Of a DNA stretch of 64,000 nucleotides, positions 11,400 to 24,949 are shown in pieces. This DNA comes from Stegostoma tigrinum (lineage: Eukaryota). Under the pieces are notes generated by a model. It saw only the letters and a program-made list of their open reading frames with translations. It did no database searches and had not been told where the DNA came from. Every line of letters starts with the position of its first letter. Position 1 is the stretch's first letter. Position numbers and translations under genes: made by a program. The DNA lies in the NCBI RefSeq assembly GCF_030684315.1, contig NC_081396.1, positions 9,105,628 to 9,169,627 on the forward strand. Direction: 5' to 3'.

Positions 11400-14378
11400 A
11401 CATTTGCTAAGGCTACTCGGGTGGGTTTAAACTAATTCAGCAGGGGGATGGGCAGCAAAATTGTAGTTCGACTACAGAAAAGGTTGAGAGTAGGAAGGTC
11501 CAAAATAAAGTTTCAGGGAAGCAAGATGGCACCGGCAAGCAAGAAGTTGGTTTGAAGTGTGTCTACTTCAATGCCAGGAGCATCCGGAATAAGGTGGGTG
11601 AACTTGCAGCATGGGTTAGTACCTGGGACTTCGATGTTGTGGCCATTTCGGAGACATGGATAGGGCAGGGGCAGGAATGGTTGTTGCAGGTTCCGGGATT
11701 TAGATGTTTCAGTAAGAACAGAAAAGATGGTAAAAGGGGCGGAGGTGTGGCATTGTTGGTCAAGGACAGTATTACAGTTGCAGAAAGGATGTTTGGGGAC
11801 TCGTCAACTGAGGTAGTATGGGCTGAGGTTAGAAACATGAAAGGAGAGGTTACCCTGTTGGGAGTTTTCTATAGGCCTCCGAATAGTTCCAGAGATGTAG
11901 AGGAAAGGAAGCAAAGATGATTCTTGATAGGAGTGAGAGATACAGGGTAGTTGTCATGGGGAACTTCAACTTTCCAAATATTGACTTGGAACACAATAGT
12001 TCGGGAACGACAGATGGGTCAGTTTTTGTCCAGTGTGTGCAGGAGGGCTTCCTGACACAGTATGTAGATAAACCAACAAGTGGCGAAGCCTGGTGAGCCT
12101 GGCCAGGTGTTAGATTTGGAAGTAGGTGGGCACTTTGGTGATAGCGATCACAATTCTGTTATGTTAACTTTAGTGATGGAAAGGGATAGGTGTATACCAC
12201 TGGGCAAGAGTTATAGCTGGGGGAGAGGCAATTACGATGGGATTAGGCAAGATTTAGGGAGCGTAGGATGAGGAAAGAAACTGCAGGGGATGGGCACATT
12301 AGAAATGTGGAGCTTATTCAAGGAAAAGCTGCTGTGTGTCCTAGATAAGTATGTACCTGTCAGGCAGGGAGGAAGCTGTAGAGTGAGGGAGCCGTGGTTT
12401 ACGAAGGAAGTGGAATCTCTGGTCAAGAGGAAGAAGAAGGCTTATGTTAGGATGAGATATGAAGGCTCAGTTAGAGCACTTGAGGGCTATGAGGTAGCAA
12501 GGAAAGACCTAAAGAGAGAGCTCAGAAGAGCCAGGAGGAGACATGAGAAGTTGTTGGCGGATAGGATCAGGGTAAACCCTAAGGCTTTCTATAAGTATTT
12601 AAGAAATAAAAGAATGACAAAAGTAAGATTAGGCCCAATCAAGGATAGTAATGGTAAGTTGTATGTGGAGTCAGATGAGATAGGGGAAGCGCTAAATAAA
12701 TATTTTTCAACAGTATTCACTCCAGAAAACGACAATGTTTTCGAGGAGAATACTGAGATACAGGCTATTAGACTAGGTGGGATTTAGGTTCACAAGGAAG
12801 AGGTATTAGAAATCCTTCAGAGGGTGATGATAGATAAGTCCCCTGGGCCGGATGGGATTTATCCTAGGATCCTCTGGGAAGTCAGGGAGGAGATTACCGA
12901 GCCTTTGGCATTGATTTTTAACTCGTCATTGTCTACAGGAATAGTGCCAGATGTCTGGAGGATAGCAAATGTGGTTCCCCTGTTCAAGAAGGGGAGTAGA
13001 CACAACCGTGGCATTTATAGACCAGTGAGCCTTACCTCAGTTGTTGGTAAAGTGTTGGAAAAGGTAATAAGGGATAGGGTTTATAATCATCTCGAAAAGA
13101 ATAAATTGATTAGGGATAGTCAGCACGGTTTTGTGAAGGGAAGGTCATGCCACACAAACCTTATTGAGTTCTTTGAGAAGGTGACCAAACAGGTAGATGA
13201 GAGTAAACTGGTTGATGTGGTATATATGGATTTCAACAAGGCGTTCTAAAAGGTTCCCCACAATAGGCTATTGTACAAAATGCGGAGGAATGGAATTGTG
13301 GGAGATAAAGCAGTTTTGATCGGAAATTGGCTTGCTGAAAGAAGACAGAGGGTGGTAGTTGATGGGAAATGTTCATCCTGGAGACCAGTTACTAGTGGTG
13401 TACTGCAAGGGTCAGTGTTGGGTCCACTGCTGTTTGTCATTTTTATCAATGACCTGGATCAGGGAATAGAAGGATGGGTTAGTAAATTTGCAGACGACAC
13501 TAAGGTCGGCGGAGTTGTGGATAGTGACGAAGGATGCTGTAGGTTGCAGAGAGACATAGATAAGCTGCAGAGCTGGGCTGAGAGGTGGCAAATGGAGTTT
13601 AATGCAGACGTGTGAGGTGATGCCCTTTGGTAGGAGTAACCAGAAGGCAAAGTACAGGGTTAATGTTAAGAGTCTTAGTAGTGTAGATGAGCAGAGAGAT
13701 CTCGGTGTCCATGCACACAGATCCTTGAAAGTTGCCACCCAGGTTGACAGGGCTGTTAAGAAGGCATACAGTCTTTTAGCTTTTATTAATAGAGGGTTCC
13801 AGTTCCGGAACCAAGAGGTTATGGTGAAGCTGTACAAAACTCTGGTGCCGCTGCCCTTGGAGTATTGCTTATAGTTCTGGTCACCGCATTATAAGAAGGA
13901 TGTGGAAGCTTTGGAAAGGGTGCAGAGGAGATTTACCAGGATGTTGCCTGGTAGGAGGGAAGATCTTAGGAGGAAAGGCTGAGGGACTTGAGGCTGTTTT
14001 CATGAGAGAGAAGGTTGAGAGGTGACTTAATTGAAACATATAAAATAATCAAAGGGTTAGATAGGGTGGATAAGGGAGAGCCTTTACCCTCGGATGGTGA
14101 CAGCGAGCACGAGGGGGCAGAGCTTTAAATTGAGGGGTGAAAGATATAGGACAGATGTCGGAGGTAGTTTCTTTACTCAGAGAGTAGTAAGGGAATGGAA
14201 CGCTTTGCCTGCAATGGTAGTAGATTCGCCAACTTTAGGTACATTTACGCCGTCATTGGATAAGCACATGGGCGTACATGGAATATTGCAGATCAGATGG
14301 GCTTGAGTTCGGTATGACAGGTCGGCACAACATCGAGGGCCGAAGGGCCTGAACTGTGCTGTAATGTTCTATGTTCTA
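11400..14378 (+). mobile_element. Relatively young CR1 LINE: end of ORF1 + nearly complete disrupted ORF2 (APE endonuclease + RT) + 3' tail
   Basis: Endonuclease motifs NARSIRNK, VAISETW, RGGGVAL, YRPP and SDH; RT motifs [29 protein letters not shown] and FADDTK. Several stops and frameshifts; ends in an (atgttct)n tail. Confidence 0.97.
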
Positions 14379-14559
14379 TCTGCAATCAAGCACACCGGCT
14401 TGGTGAGCAAGTATACAACGTCATCCATAACCTGAGCTACAAATCTTCTCAAAAACTTAAAATCATTTAATATTCGTTCAGGGTGCAGCTAAGTATGTTC
14501 CCAGTGGGCAAGGGAGTCGACCATTGATGGGATAGGCCTGAATGTGGAGGAATGTGTCA

Positions 14560-15020
14560 TTGCTGACAAGATATCCTAAATTCATCCCCCATTTGTCAGC
14601 ATTTGGCCCATGTCCCTTGAAACCCTTCTTATTGATGTACACATCCAGATGGCTTTTAAATAGTAGCCTGCACAACTTCCTCTGGCGACTCATTCCATAC
14701 ACACACCACCCTCTGCATGAAAAGGTTGCCCCTTCGGTCCCTTTTAAACCTTTCCCCAATCCCTGAACCCTCTGGCTTTAGACTCCTCTTACCTTATATA
14801 TACCCCTCATGATTTTATAAACTTCTGTCAGATCACCACTCATGCTCTCACACGCTTGGGAAAACAACCCAGCCTATTCAGCATTTCTGTATTAGTCAAG
14901 CCCTCCAAACCTGGCAACATCCTTGTAATTCCTCACTGCACCATTCCAAGTTTAACAACATCTTTCCTCTCGTAAAGAGAACTGAATGCAATATTTCAAT
15001 AGTGGCTTAACCAACCTTGT
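14560..15020 (-). mobile_element. CR1 3' fragment
   Basis: Reverse FKSHLDVYINKKG..GPNA-type C-terminus plus ctggcaacatccttgtaa. Confidence 0.8.
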
Positions 15021-16645
15021 TGAAAGGCTCAGCAGACTGAAGGAGGTGAACAGCGCATTCAAGATCCTGATTCATATGTTTATATGCATGGTCATATTGA
15101 AGCTCTTCACTGGGTGAAAGCGTAAAAACTGGAACTTCAAGTAAGAAGTTTGATTTTGGACTGTATTCAATGAGGCCTTTGATCACTGCATGGAAACATG
15201 TTACCAAATGAATCCTTGCAAAGAGCTCACTGCCAACAAGAGAGCCAAAGGATGAGTGGGAAAATTGATTCAGTTCAACTTATTTCAGAGAGGGAGAGAA
15301 ATGAGGGATAAATCCCGGGAGATGGGGAGAAACTGGAGATGAGTGGGGAGGATGTGGTAACACCAGTTTAGTCCGCAAACCCCAAATAAATCCTTCCTGC
15401 TCCTGTGTTTGAATCTCTAGGATTTTTTTCTTCCCCTGGGTTCAGCCCAAGTTCTCAGTTGCTATCTTTTCTACTACGGATCACATGTCCAACTATTTTG
15501 GTTACTATCTATTTCTTGTTTAACAATTAAAGCAAAAATACTTCCACCTTTTTGGAAATGTTGAAATAGTGTCTTCTTCATCAAGTTCAACGTCATTAAT
15601 GTATATCAAGAACAACCGTTGAATACTGTGCAAGTCTGAAAGTAACCATCCTCCAGTCTAAAAGACAGCTGTTTATGGTGACTATTTCACGTCAATGAGA
15701 CAGTCAATTTTAATTCATTTACTCCAGTGAATTTTTCTTTTTTCAGCAGACCACTATGGAGAAATTTATTAAGTCATTTTCTCCATGTTCATCACATCAA
15801 TTACATTACCGTTATCAACATTTTGCTGCTTCAACATAAAAAAAGGGGAAAATCTTCCCTCAATAAGTCTGTGCCAGCTTTCCTGAATGAACAAACGTTT
15901 TTCCGAATGGCTGTTAACTGTTTGTCAAATTACCATTTCGAAAAGGTTTCCTGCCACCGAGGTTAACCTCACCAGCCTTTTGTGCCACTGTTAAACTTAT
16001 ATTGAAGATTCATCATAAGGTAATGTAAATGAGTGAGTGATTCAATTGCAATTACAGTTCAATGATAACCGATCAACTCGATAATTAATTAAATTTCACA
16101 GGGTACGAACTACCAATCATAAAATGAAGTCTATGAGTGAATTACTATTAAAGATCAATTAGCTCTCGTGGCATTGTAGAACGAAAACCCCGCGATTTTT
16201 AAAATTTGGAATACAATCAGGAAATGCTGGAGATGCTCAACGGTGCTGACTGATTCAGTGGAGGCAGAAATTGGTTCACTTTTCAGGTCTGGGTGAGATG
16301 GGTCAGGGAGTGGCTGTGGGAAGATGAACAAAAGGGAAAGTTGGGAGAGTTGTGAAATCAATCAGAGCGCTCAAGGCACAGAAGATACGCTTGAGTGAAG
16401 CATGGATAAGGAAATCAAAACCATGAATGCAAAGAAAAATGTAGAAGTGCAAGAACAGAAAGCAATCTCTGAGAGAAAAAAAAAACAAGTAAAATGGGAC
16501 AGGAATCAAATCACACAATTCTTGAACTTCGACTCCATAAGGCTGAAAATTGCATCCTACAACTACCCAGTTCAGATGAAAGGTCTCAGACCTGCTAACT
16601 CTACCTATTACCTCTACAGTAGTACAGTTCACATCAGGGGATGGA

Positions 16646-17852
16646 ACATAGAACAGAGAACAATACAGCGCAGAACAGGCCCTTCAGCCGTCAATGTTGC
16701 GCTGACCTTGAACTAATCCAAGCTCCTCCACCTACACTGTGCCATCATTATCCATATGCTTATCCAAGGACTGTTTAAATGCCCCAAATGTGGCTGAGTT
16801 TACTACATTGGCAGGCAGAGCATTCCATGCCCTTACCACTCTCTGAGTAAAGAACCTGCCTCTGACATCTGTCTGAAATGTATCACCCCATAATTTGTAG
16901 CTATGCCCTCTCGTACAAGCTGAAGTCATCATCCTCAGAAAAAGACTTTCACTGTCCACCCTATCTAATCATCTGATCATCTTGTATGTCTCTATTAAAC
17001 TCCCTCTTAGCCTCCTTCACTCCTATGAGAACAGACCAAAATCCCTCAACCTTTCTTCATCGGGCCTGCGCTCCAGATCAGGCAACATCCTGGTAAATCT
17101 CCTCTACACCTTCTCCAATGCTTCCACATCCTTCCTGTAATGGGGTGACCAGAACACAGAACACAGAAAAGTACAGCACAGTACATGCTCTTCGGCCCAC
17201 GATGTTGTGCCGTGGGTTAATCTTAATCCAGAAATAAGATAACATAACCTACATTCCCCTTAATTCATTGCTGTCCATGTGCGTGTCCAGCAGTCGCTTA
17301 AATGTCACTAATGACTCTGCTTCCACGACTACCACAGGTAAAGCATTCCATGCGCTCTCAACTCTCTGGGTGAAGAACCTCCCTCTGACGTCTCCTCGAT
17401 ACCTTCCTCCGAACACCTTAAAACTATGACTCCTCGTGGCAGCCAATCCTGCCCTGGGGAAACGTCTCTGGCTATTGACTCTATCCATGCCTCTCATTAC
17501 CTTGTACACCTCGATTTGGTCACCTCTCTTCCTCCTTCTCTCCGGAGAGAAAAGTCCGAGCTCAGTCAACCTCTCCTCGTAAGACAAGTCCTCCAGTCCA
17601 GGCAGCATCCTGGTAAACCTCCTTTGCACCATCTCCAAAGCCTCCACATCTTTCTGATAATAGGTCGACCAGAACTGGACACAATATTCCAAGTGTGGCC
17701 TCACCAGGGTTTTGTAGAGCTGCAGAACTGCATGCAGTATTCCAAATGAGGCCGCACTAGCATTTTGTACAGTTGCAGCATGACATCACGGCTCCAGAAC
17801 TCAATCCCTCAACCAATGAAACCTAACACACCGTAAGCCTTCTTAACAGCAC
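16646..17852 (-). mobile_element. CR1 3' fragment interrupted by a second CR1 3' fragment (17156-17722)
   Basis: ORFs 16732-16959 and 17249-17704 both encode the CR1 ORF2 C-terminus. The outer element resumes at cagaac|tgcatgcagtattcc. Confidence 0.9.
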
Positions 17853-18788
17853 TTGCTCACAACCACTTGGCTGCGTAGAAACTGATATTGGACTGTACCA
17901 CTTCCGGGCAGAGCTGGGTAAAGAGTCAGTAATGCGCGAGCTGATACCATGTAAGCTTCTACTCATCCAATACTTGACGATGGACAAATCAGGATGTCAC
18001 GCGACTTGAAAGTTCTGGCATTCATATGCAATGCTTGTCTTTCTACATGAAGAGCATCTGGGGAATACATTCGATTTTGGTCCAGTTATAGACATATAGA
18101 CAATCCAGAAACTTTCATGGTCATTTTGTTCCTCACAGTGCATTTTTCACACGTTGCAAATTCACCACCTTGATTTCACACATACCTTATGTTTTAGTGG
18201 ATTCTCTGTCATTGATTGTTTTTCTTCTGTGACAAATCAGTCTCACGGGCAATTTGGAGGGATGGATTTGCAGTCAGAAAACTCGATGCAAACATTGTAG
18301 CACAGCAGAATCACAGGTATACGCTCTTTTCCTTGCAGGAAAATGTTGGAATGAATGCAACGGAGCAGTGCAGAACCAGCATGGCATGCAATCTAAGCGT
18401 TGTATTGAGGGACAACAGAAAACATTTCCATGACATTCAGTGTCACTGACAGCTTTGGGGCCCATCATGATGTGCTGTTTTATATAATTCTCATCATAAT
18501 ATTTTGAGGTGAGATTATATACAAGATTAAAATGGTTAGACGAGACATACCTTCGTTTTCAAGACATTATCCTTCTTGGAAGTGATCTTATTGCCGTTTA
18601 TTCCCCTGTGTTTGTATGAACAAGTACTGGTGTATCTCTAGGGAGTGCTGGCACATTACGGAAGGTAAAGCAGCAGAATGCAATAGCATAGCCTAATCAA
18701 GATGTCATAGGTAAATGAACATAATAAGCGATGGACAGACTGTAATGGTGAACTCAAATTACATCTTACTGTGATTTTGTTATGATCT

Positions 18789-19696
18789 CTATTTACATTT
18801 TCTGAACACTAGTGTCAGGGGAAATTTCATCAGTTTCTTTAACTGCTCTCTGAATTTACTCTGGGTCCCTGCATAAATAAATGGGTTGATGCAAGAATTC
18901 AAAAGCTGAAGCATGTACCCGCCTTCGTCAACAATAAAGTTTGATTCATTGTAATTTGAACCTGAGAAATAAGTGGCATTTGCAATTTGAACGCGGAGAA
19001 AAGTCAGGAGAACCAATAAATAGCACAGAAGAAAACTGCCTGAGATAGCAAAGAGTAAGACAATGGACTTCCTCCTTTTTTCCATCTCTGGGTCATTCCG
19101 ATTCTCTCCATTGCTCCTGGTCTGGAGTCTCCTGCGGGCTCTACTGGCCAATACAATATGCCTGACAGTGAGGACATTGAGCAGCAAAATCAGAATGAAT
19201 GGAAGACAAGGGGTTAAAATTACTATTAACCAGTCAAATGCAATCCAGAGAGGTGACGTATAATATATTGATTTGAGGCTGCAATACCAGGGTACGTCGT
19301 TAATGATAAAGGAAGGCTCATATGCAAAGTACAAAGGGATGTTTCTAATGCAGTTCAGAGTACAGGTAGTTGCTATAACCACGACCGCTACTTTCTCAGT
19401 GCAATATTTCATTTTCAGCTTCTGGCAACAAATGGCAATAAATCGATCAAGAGTGAAAGCAACAGTTATCCAGACAGAAGAATCTCTGACTCCATGAATT
19501 AATGTGAGATTGGCACTATAGGTTGGGGTGATGAACAGGAATGTCATTGGAAAATAAATACCCATAATCCGATTTAATATCACAGCTGTGATAATGACCA
19601 GGATATCTGTCACGGCCATGGATACCAGATAATACACGATGCATTTGGAAAGACCACACGTTTCCCGTGACAGGATAACAATCACCGAAAGGTTAG
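18789..19696 (-). CDS. Class A GPCR, GPR139/GPR142-like, gene 1, exon 2 (joins exon 1 at 21353-21422; 325 aa total)
   Basis: Acceptor ttttctgttag|CT AAC, then an open frame to TAG. 7TM motifs MAVTD (TM2), FTLDRFIAICC (TM3), PWYC (ECL2), TPCLPF (TM5), INPFIY (TM7) and helix-8 KFREQL. Confidence 0.93.
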
Positions 19697-21029
19697 CTAA
19701 CAGAAAACAATGTAAGAGTTACTATGTGATATCAACAAATGTGTACATAACCAAAGAAACACCAAATAGACTTTTGATAATGCTCAATTTTCTTAAAGTA
19801 TGTACAAAGAGAGAAAACAGTCTGCATTTTCTGTAACAGTGGCAATAGGAGTGCATTCTTAGTTTTATGGTAATCATTGGTCTTCTTTCTTTATGATTCA
19901 GTTGTGGAAAATTCACTCTCTTCTGCTCCTGGGAAAATCATATAGTGGAACCGAAGCATAAGTCTTCTGAAACTTTTGTAATTTGAAGAATCAGTAATAT
20001 TATATCGACCAATGAAATGGCCAAAAAGAAGCAGATCTTATAGAATTTGAAGAAATCCTCAGAGATTCACATTGAAACAAATATTCAATAAGAAACAGCT
20101 GAAGATGAAAAGAAAACTCACCTCTAAACGGAGAGAGTCCTCAGTTTATCCTTGAAACGGAATTGAAGTTAAGGCAACAACATTTTCATGACAGACAATG
20201 AAACAACAGAACAGATGAATTCCAGTTATAGTTCCCCAAGTAATGCGCTCTCTTTTGAATCCTGCTACAAGTCTTCAGATTTGACTGAGCTTTGCACCAC
20301 CCAGGATGTTGCATTTGTGTGAAACCGGTAAATGAAAGATTTGTGGAATGAAAGTAGAAATTAAAATTGAGCTGAGCTATGAAGAAACTGCTGTTAATGT
20401 TCTATCAGAAGCAACAAGCAGCACATCATGGTAAAGTTGAGGAACCTCAGTAGCTGAGAAGATTAAAAATTGATACATTTGCATTGTTAACAGTTTGACA
20501 GTTGTAATTGAAATTTAATTGACAGTTATGCTGCTCAAAACAATGGAAGTGCAATTAATTAGTAATCCCAGTGATATAACTCACATGCAGCACTGGTAGG
20601 AAGAACTCGCCAGAACAATATTTTTGAATTCTGATGTTAACAATAAAGCAGAAAGGACAGGGGAAAATGATACTGCTCAAGGAAATACACTAACAACAAC
20701 ATCAGGAAGCTATGCAATTAAAATCGAGCAAATAAGAAATTCATTGAAAAAATTTTGTTGGCAAAATAGACCATCATGCCCTTAAAAGGGAGGTGAGACA
20801 TTCTAACCCAAAATCAGGCAAAGTTGCAGGAAAGATAACATTTTGGTTCGACATCCGGCTTTAGAAATCTGAAACGTCAGCTCGCCTGCTCCTCTGATAC
20901 TTCCTTACCTGTTGTGTTCGTTCAACTCCATACTGTGCTGTCTCTGAAAACAGCATCTACAGTTCTCGCTATCTTGCGCATCAAATTGTTACAATCTTAC
21001 TGCTCCATAGGGCTGCTCTATTTTTAGAG

Positions 21030-21170
21030 AGAGACGACGTGTGATGGTTATCCTGAAGGCCTCTATGTCTCAGGAAACTTAAGATGTCGAGAAGGAAAAT
21101 CCTTCATAGTAACCTCTGCAGGAGTTGGAGCGAAAACATGCTGTCCAGCTAACTGAGCTAACTGGATCCC
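21030..21170 (-). mobile_element. tRNA-derived SINE fragment in the intron of GPCR gene 1
   Basis: The reverse complement begins ggatccagttagctcagttagctggacagc (tRNA A-box-like). Confidence 0.55.
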
Positions 21171-21352
21171 TCGAAATTGCATACCTCAAATAGACAATAC
21201 CATTGAATGTGATTATGTTGTTGGAGTGAATACAAAAAAGCCTACGAATTCATTGGGACTATGATATTGATAACTAAGGGGTAAACTCAAACGGGTAAAT
21301 TAAAGAAGCTGTTAAAAATCATCCCACTTAATAACTAACGGCTGTCCTTTAC

Positions 21353-21422
21353 CTGGAACCCCAGCAATTGCTAGGATAGGATAATAAATAGCAAACACGA
21401 GTCCTTTTGGTAACCCATGCAT
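21353..21422 (-). CDS. GPR139-like gene 1, exon 1 (MHGLPKGLVFAIYYPILAIAGVP, phase-1 intron)
   Basis: 70 nt from ATG to CCAG|gtaaag. It splices in frame to give VP-A-NL (TM1 Asn) and matches exon 1 of gene 2 in length and motif. Confidence 0.92.
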
Positions 21423-22859
21423 TTCTGTCTCAAGCTGCGTTTACTTTTGGCCCTGCAATGAATGACAGCCACATTTGTACCTGATGGCAGGCTCCAGGGA
21501 CACAATTAAATGCCTTGAACTTTTTGCAATGATTACTGTAATTGGAGCAATCAGATTCGAGGTATTTCTGCCTGGCTTGTCTTCAATTTTGATGTAATTA
21601 AAAAAAATCATGTAAAAAAAGACATTTCTCCAAAATGAATTAATTTCAAGATGTGGATTCCTTGGTCAAAACAAAAGTGAAGTACAAAACAGGCTGTTGC
21701 AAATATGCACAAGGGTGGATTGAATGAAGTACCTTGTATATGAATGAAACATTTATCACCTTAGATATTCTGTTATATTGGAATATGCAGCCTATTTCCT
21801 GTCCAGATCATTATTCAGTCTGTTTGTTCACTGATTAAGTTCCAGTCTCCCTGAAATTGTGTAATCAATTGAAAGCAACAATCTGCCCACACATTATGGG
21901 CATGTCCATCAAATTTCACATTTCATTCACAGGGCTTGATTGTTTTTACAATTACTTTTGAGAGCTGACTGGACGATGTGCGAACTGTTATACTGTATTC
22001 TGACATGTCAAACACATCTTGATGAGATGCAGTTCAACATGCACATTCCAAATCAGCAGATATATTAGCACTGATATTGGCCGCTTTCTGGCTATGCATT
22101 TAGAGTGGGTAAAGCCTGTTCAGTGTGATTACATTTATCATAAATTGGTCCTGTGCCTACTTTTGCATTCTGTTCACACATATCTCTGACCATATCACTG
22201 TGGTTGTCTTTAGTACCGAGTTGTGTGGGGCAGATTAGGATTAAATCTATTCACTGAACAAACAGGATCTGGTCCAGTTTCACAAGGTTAAATTAAGTGC
22301 TATGCTCATTCAGTACTGTCCGAGAACAAAAGTACAGATCCACATCCTTCTCAGTTTGTGTTTCGTGAGGGCAGTAATGTACAGTTGGGCTCTATTCATC
22401 TCAACATGAAGAGAATGGTTCCAACAAGTTATTGTCTTTGTGAAATTGTCCAAGTGAATTTGATTAATAGTACAGTGAACATTTACATTCAATGTTGACC
22501 TTTCCCATTCTGTTCTGCGTAGAGTTGTATTCAATGTGTATGGGATTCAAGGTGCACAGGACCACTTGAGGATACCCATTCATTGTGTCAGGCCCAGGTC
22601 AGCAGCGTGACCTTCAACTTTTGACCAAGCCTGTAGGAGCTGGTGAGTGCATTGAGTTCCTAATGATGAGACAGAATGTGATAAAATGATAAGGGTTTCG
22701 TTTCCTGCGTTTGCAAAACGTCCTCATAAAGCAAGCAGTTGTTTCAGGTGAGTTGAAATGTACCTGGAAAAGACCTGAGGAGAGAGCGCCTAGGAAGCAC
22801 TGAAAAAAGTAATATTTTATGCAGAATCCCACTGCCTGCTCCAGTATTCAAGTAGATCA

Positions 22860-24300
22860 TGGCTGATCAGATAGCTGAAATTTCATTTTTATACCTTTCT
22901 CCTGCAACCCCTGGTTCTCTTACTGATTGAAGGAAAATCCGTCTCAGCCTTAAATACACTGAGTGGCACAACTCTGCAGTTCTCTGTCGTGATGAACTCC
23001 GCAAATTCACAACCCTTTGATAGAAGTTCCTCCTTGTTTCTATCTTAAATGTGCAACTTCTTACTGTGAAATTATGCTCTCTAGCCCGAGGAGAAACAAC
23101 ATCCCAGCATCTACCCTGTCAAGACATTTAAGTCAATAAGGACACTTCCTATTCTTCTCAACGCCAACCCAACTTACTTGATCTCTCCACATGTGAAAAT
23201 CTTTCCATCATTTCGATCAGTGAATGTTCCATAGACTGCCGACAATGACATTAAAGCTTGTCTTAGATAAGTGGCTAAATCTATTCACATTATTCTTGGC
23301 GAGGTCTAAGTAGTACCTTGTATATTTTTCTCAAGACTTATCTACTTCTGTACTCCATTCTCTGAGATGGACTAATGTTCCAGTTGCCTTCCTTATTATC
23401 TGCTGAACATGCATGTGCAGTCTTCTTTTTTGTGATTTATGCAGTAGGATGCCCGAATGCCTCTGTGATGCAGCATCCTGCAGTCTGTTAAAATAATAAC
23501 GTCTGCATACAACTGCAAAACCTAATTTTTCACATTAATTTCCGTTTACCAAATTTTTGACACAAATGTAACCTGTTTATATTTATCTGCAGATGTTTTG
23601 ACTCCTTGTCATCACTTACCTTCCCATTGCTTTCTGTAACCACACTCATTTGCATTATTTATATGATAAATACACATTGTAAATTATTCTACTTGCAGCT
23701 CTCATCACTGTAATGCTCCACTAGTTGTAGAGTGCCATCCCGAAAATTTTCCTCATGTCCCAACTCTGTCTTCCATTAACTCGCCAATTCTCTATCCATG
23801 CAAACATACAATCTACCCACCATGGGCTCTTATTAAGTAGCCATATGTGCATAACGTTATTGAACACATTTTAAGAAACTTTACATTTTTTGGTTCCCAT
23901 TTATCTTCCTGCTTCTTACCTCCTCAGAGAATTGTGATGAATCTGTCAGCATCGTTTCCATTTTAATGACACCATGTTGGATCAACTTGGTTAGATTATG
24001 TATTTCTAAATATTCTGAAATTACTTCGGTTCCAATAGATTCTAGCATTTTTCTAATGATATATTTTAAGTTAATTGACTCGTTTCTTGTCTCCTTCGTG
24101 TTGTCTAGTCCTTTGGGACTTTTCCAGAATTTAAGGAATCCTGGAATGTTACTACATTTGCCAACTGTCTCTTTCACTGCTTCGTTTAATATCCTTGGAC
24201 ACAACCCGTCATGTCCAGACAACTTGTAAACATTTAGGTCTAGCATGTTCCCTAGTAATTTTTTTTCACTAGTAATAATGATTTTCTTTAATTTCTGCCC
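22860..24300 (-). mobile_element. Old, highly decayed CR1 LINE
   Basis: ORF 23881-24312 contains SGHDGLCPRIL...IQHG (a KSPGPDG/SQHGF remnant); a 3'-end-like sequence lies near 22860. Confidence 0.7.
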
Positions 24301-24949
24301 CACTATTGCCACTTGATAATTTTATACTTTATATTTTATTCACATGAACTGACCAACCCCTCACTTACTCATGCTCCCATCTGGGCGTCTTTTAGAGATT
24401 TCTTTGGAGGCTTACTTCAAGGTTTTCACAAGGCATTTTCATTCTCACCACTCCTTCATTGTATCATTGTATTAATGCTTCTGCATTTCTGTTACCAAAT
24501 GGTCTCACATAAAAGCACGATTAGAAAAAAGTATCCAAATGCTCAATAATCATCTCTGCTCCATTGACCTTAAATCTAAATCATAGAAGTCAAGCATTAA
24601 TTCATTGTGGCATTTATGTCAGTACAAGCAACCAGACATATGAATAGGAGTAGGCCATTCAGCGCTACGAGTCTGCTCCACCATTCAATAAGATCATGAC
24701 GATCTGTGGTTAAATTCCATATGCCTGCCCTCAGCCAAATCGCATAATACTTCTGCTTTTAAATAAAATCTTTATCTCAGATTCAAATTTAACAATTGAA
24801 TTAGCATCAAGAACTATTTGATGAACAGAGCTCCAAACCCCTACACCTGGTGCTTTCTAACATCTCTCGTGAATGGCCTGGCCATAATTCTCAGATTCTG
24901 TCCTCTATCATCGTGTGAAAGGTGGAGAAAGATCGAAGGTGCCAAAGGC

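Noticed and set aside
11552-14306. Active autonomous retrotransposon
   Set aside because: ORF2 is broken by multiple stops and frameshifts, and ORF1 is 5'-truncated.
22310-22560. Plus-strand text resembling a V domain (FREGSNVQL..., WFQQ)
   Set aside because: No first Cys, the Cys-to-Trp spacing is too short and needs a frameshift, and there is no YYC and no RSS.
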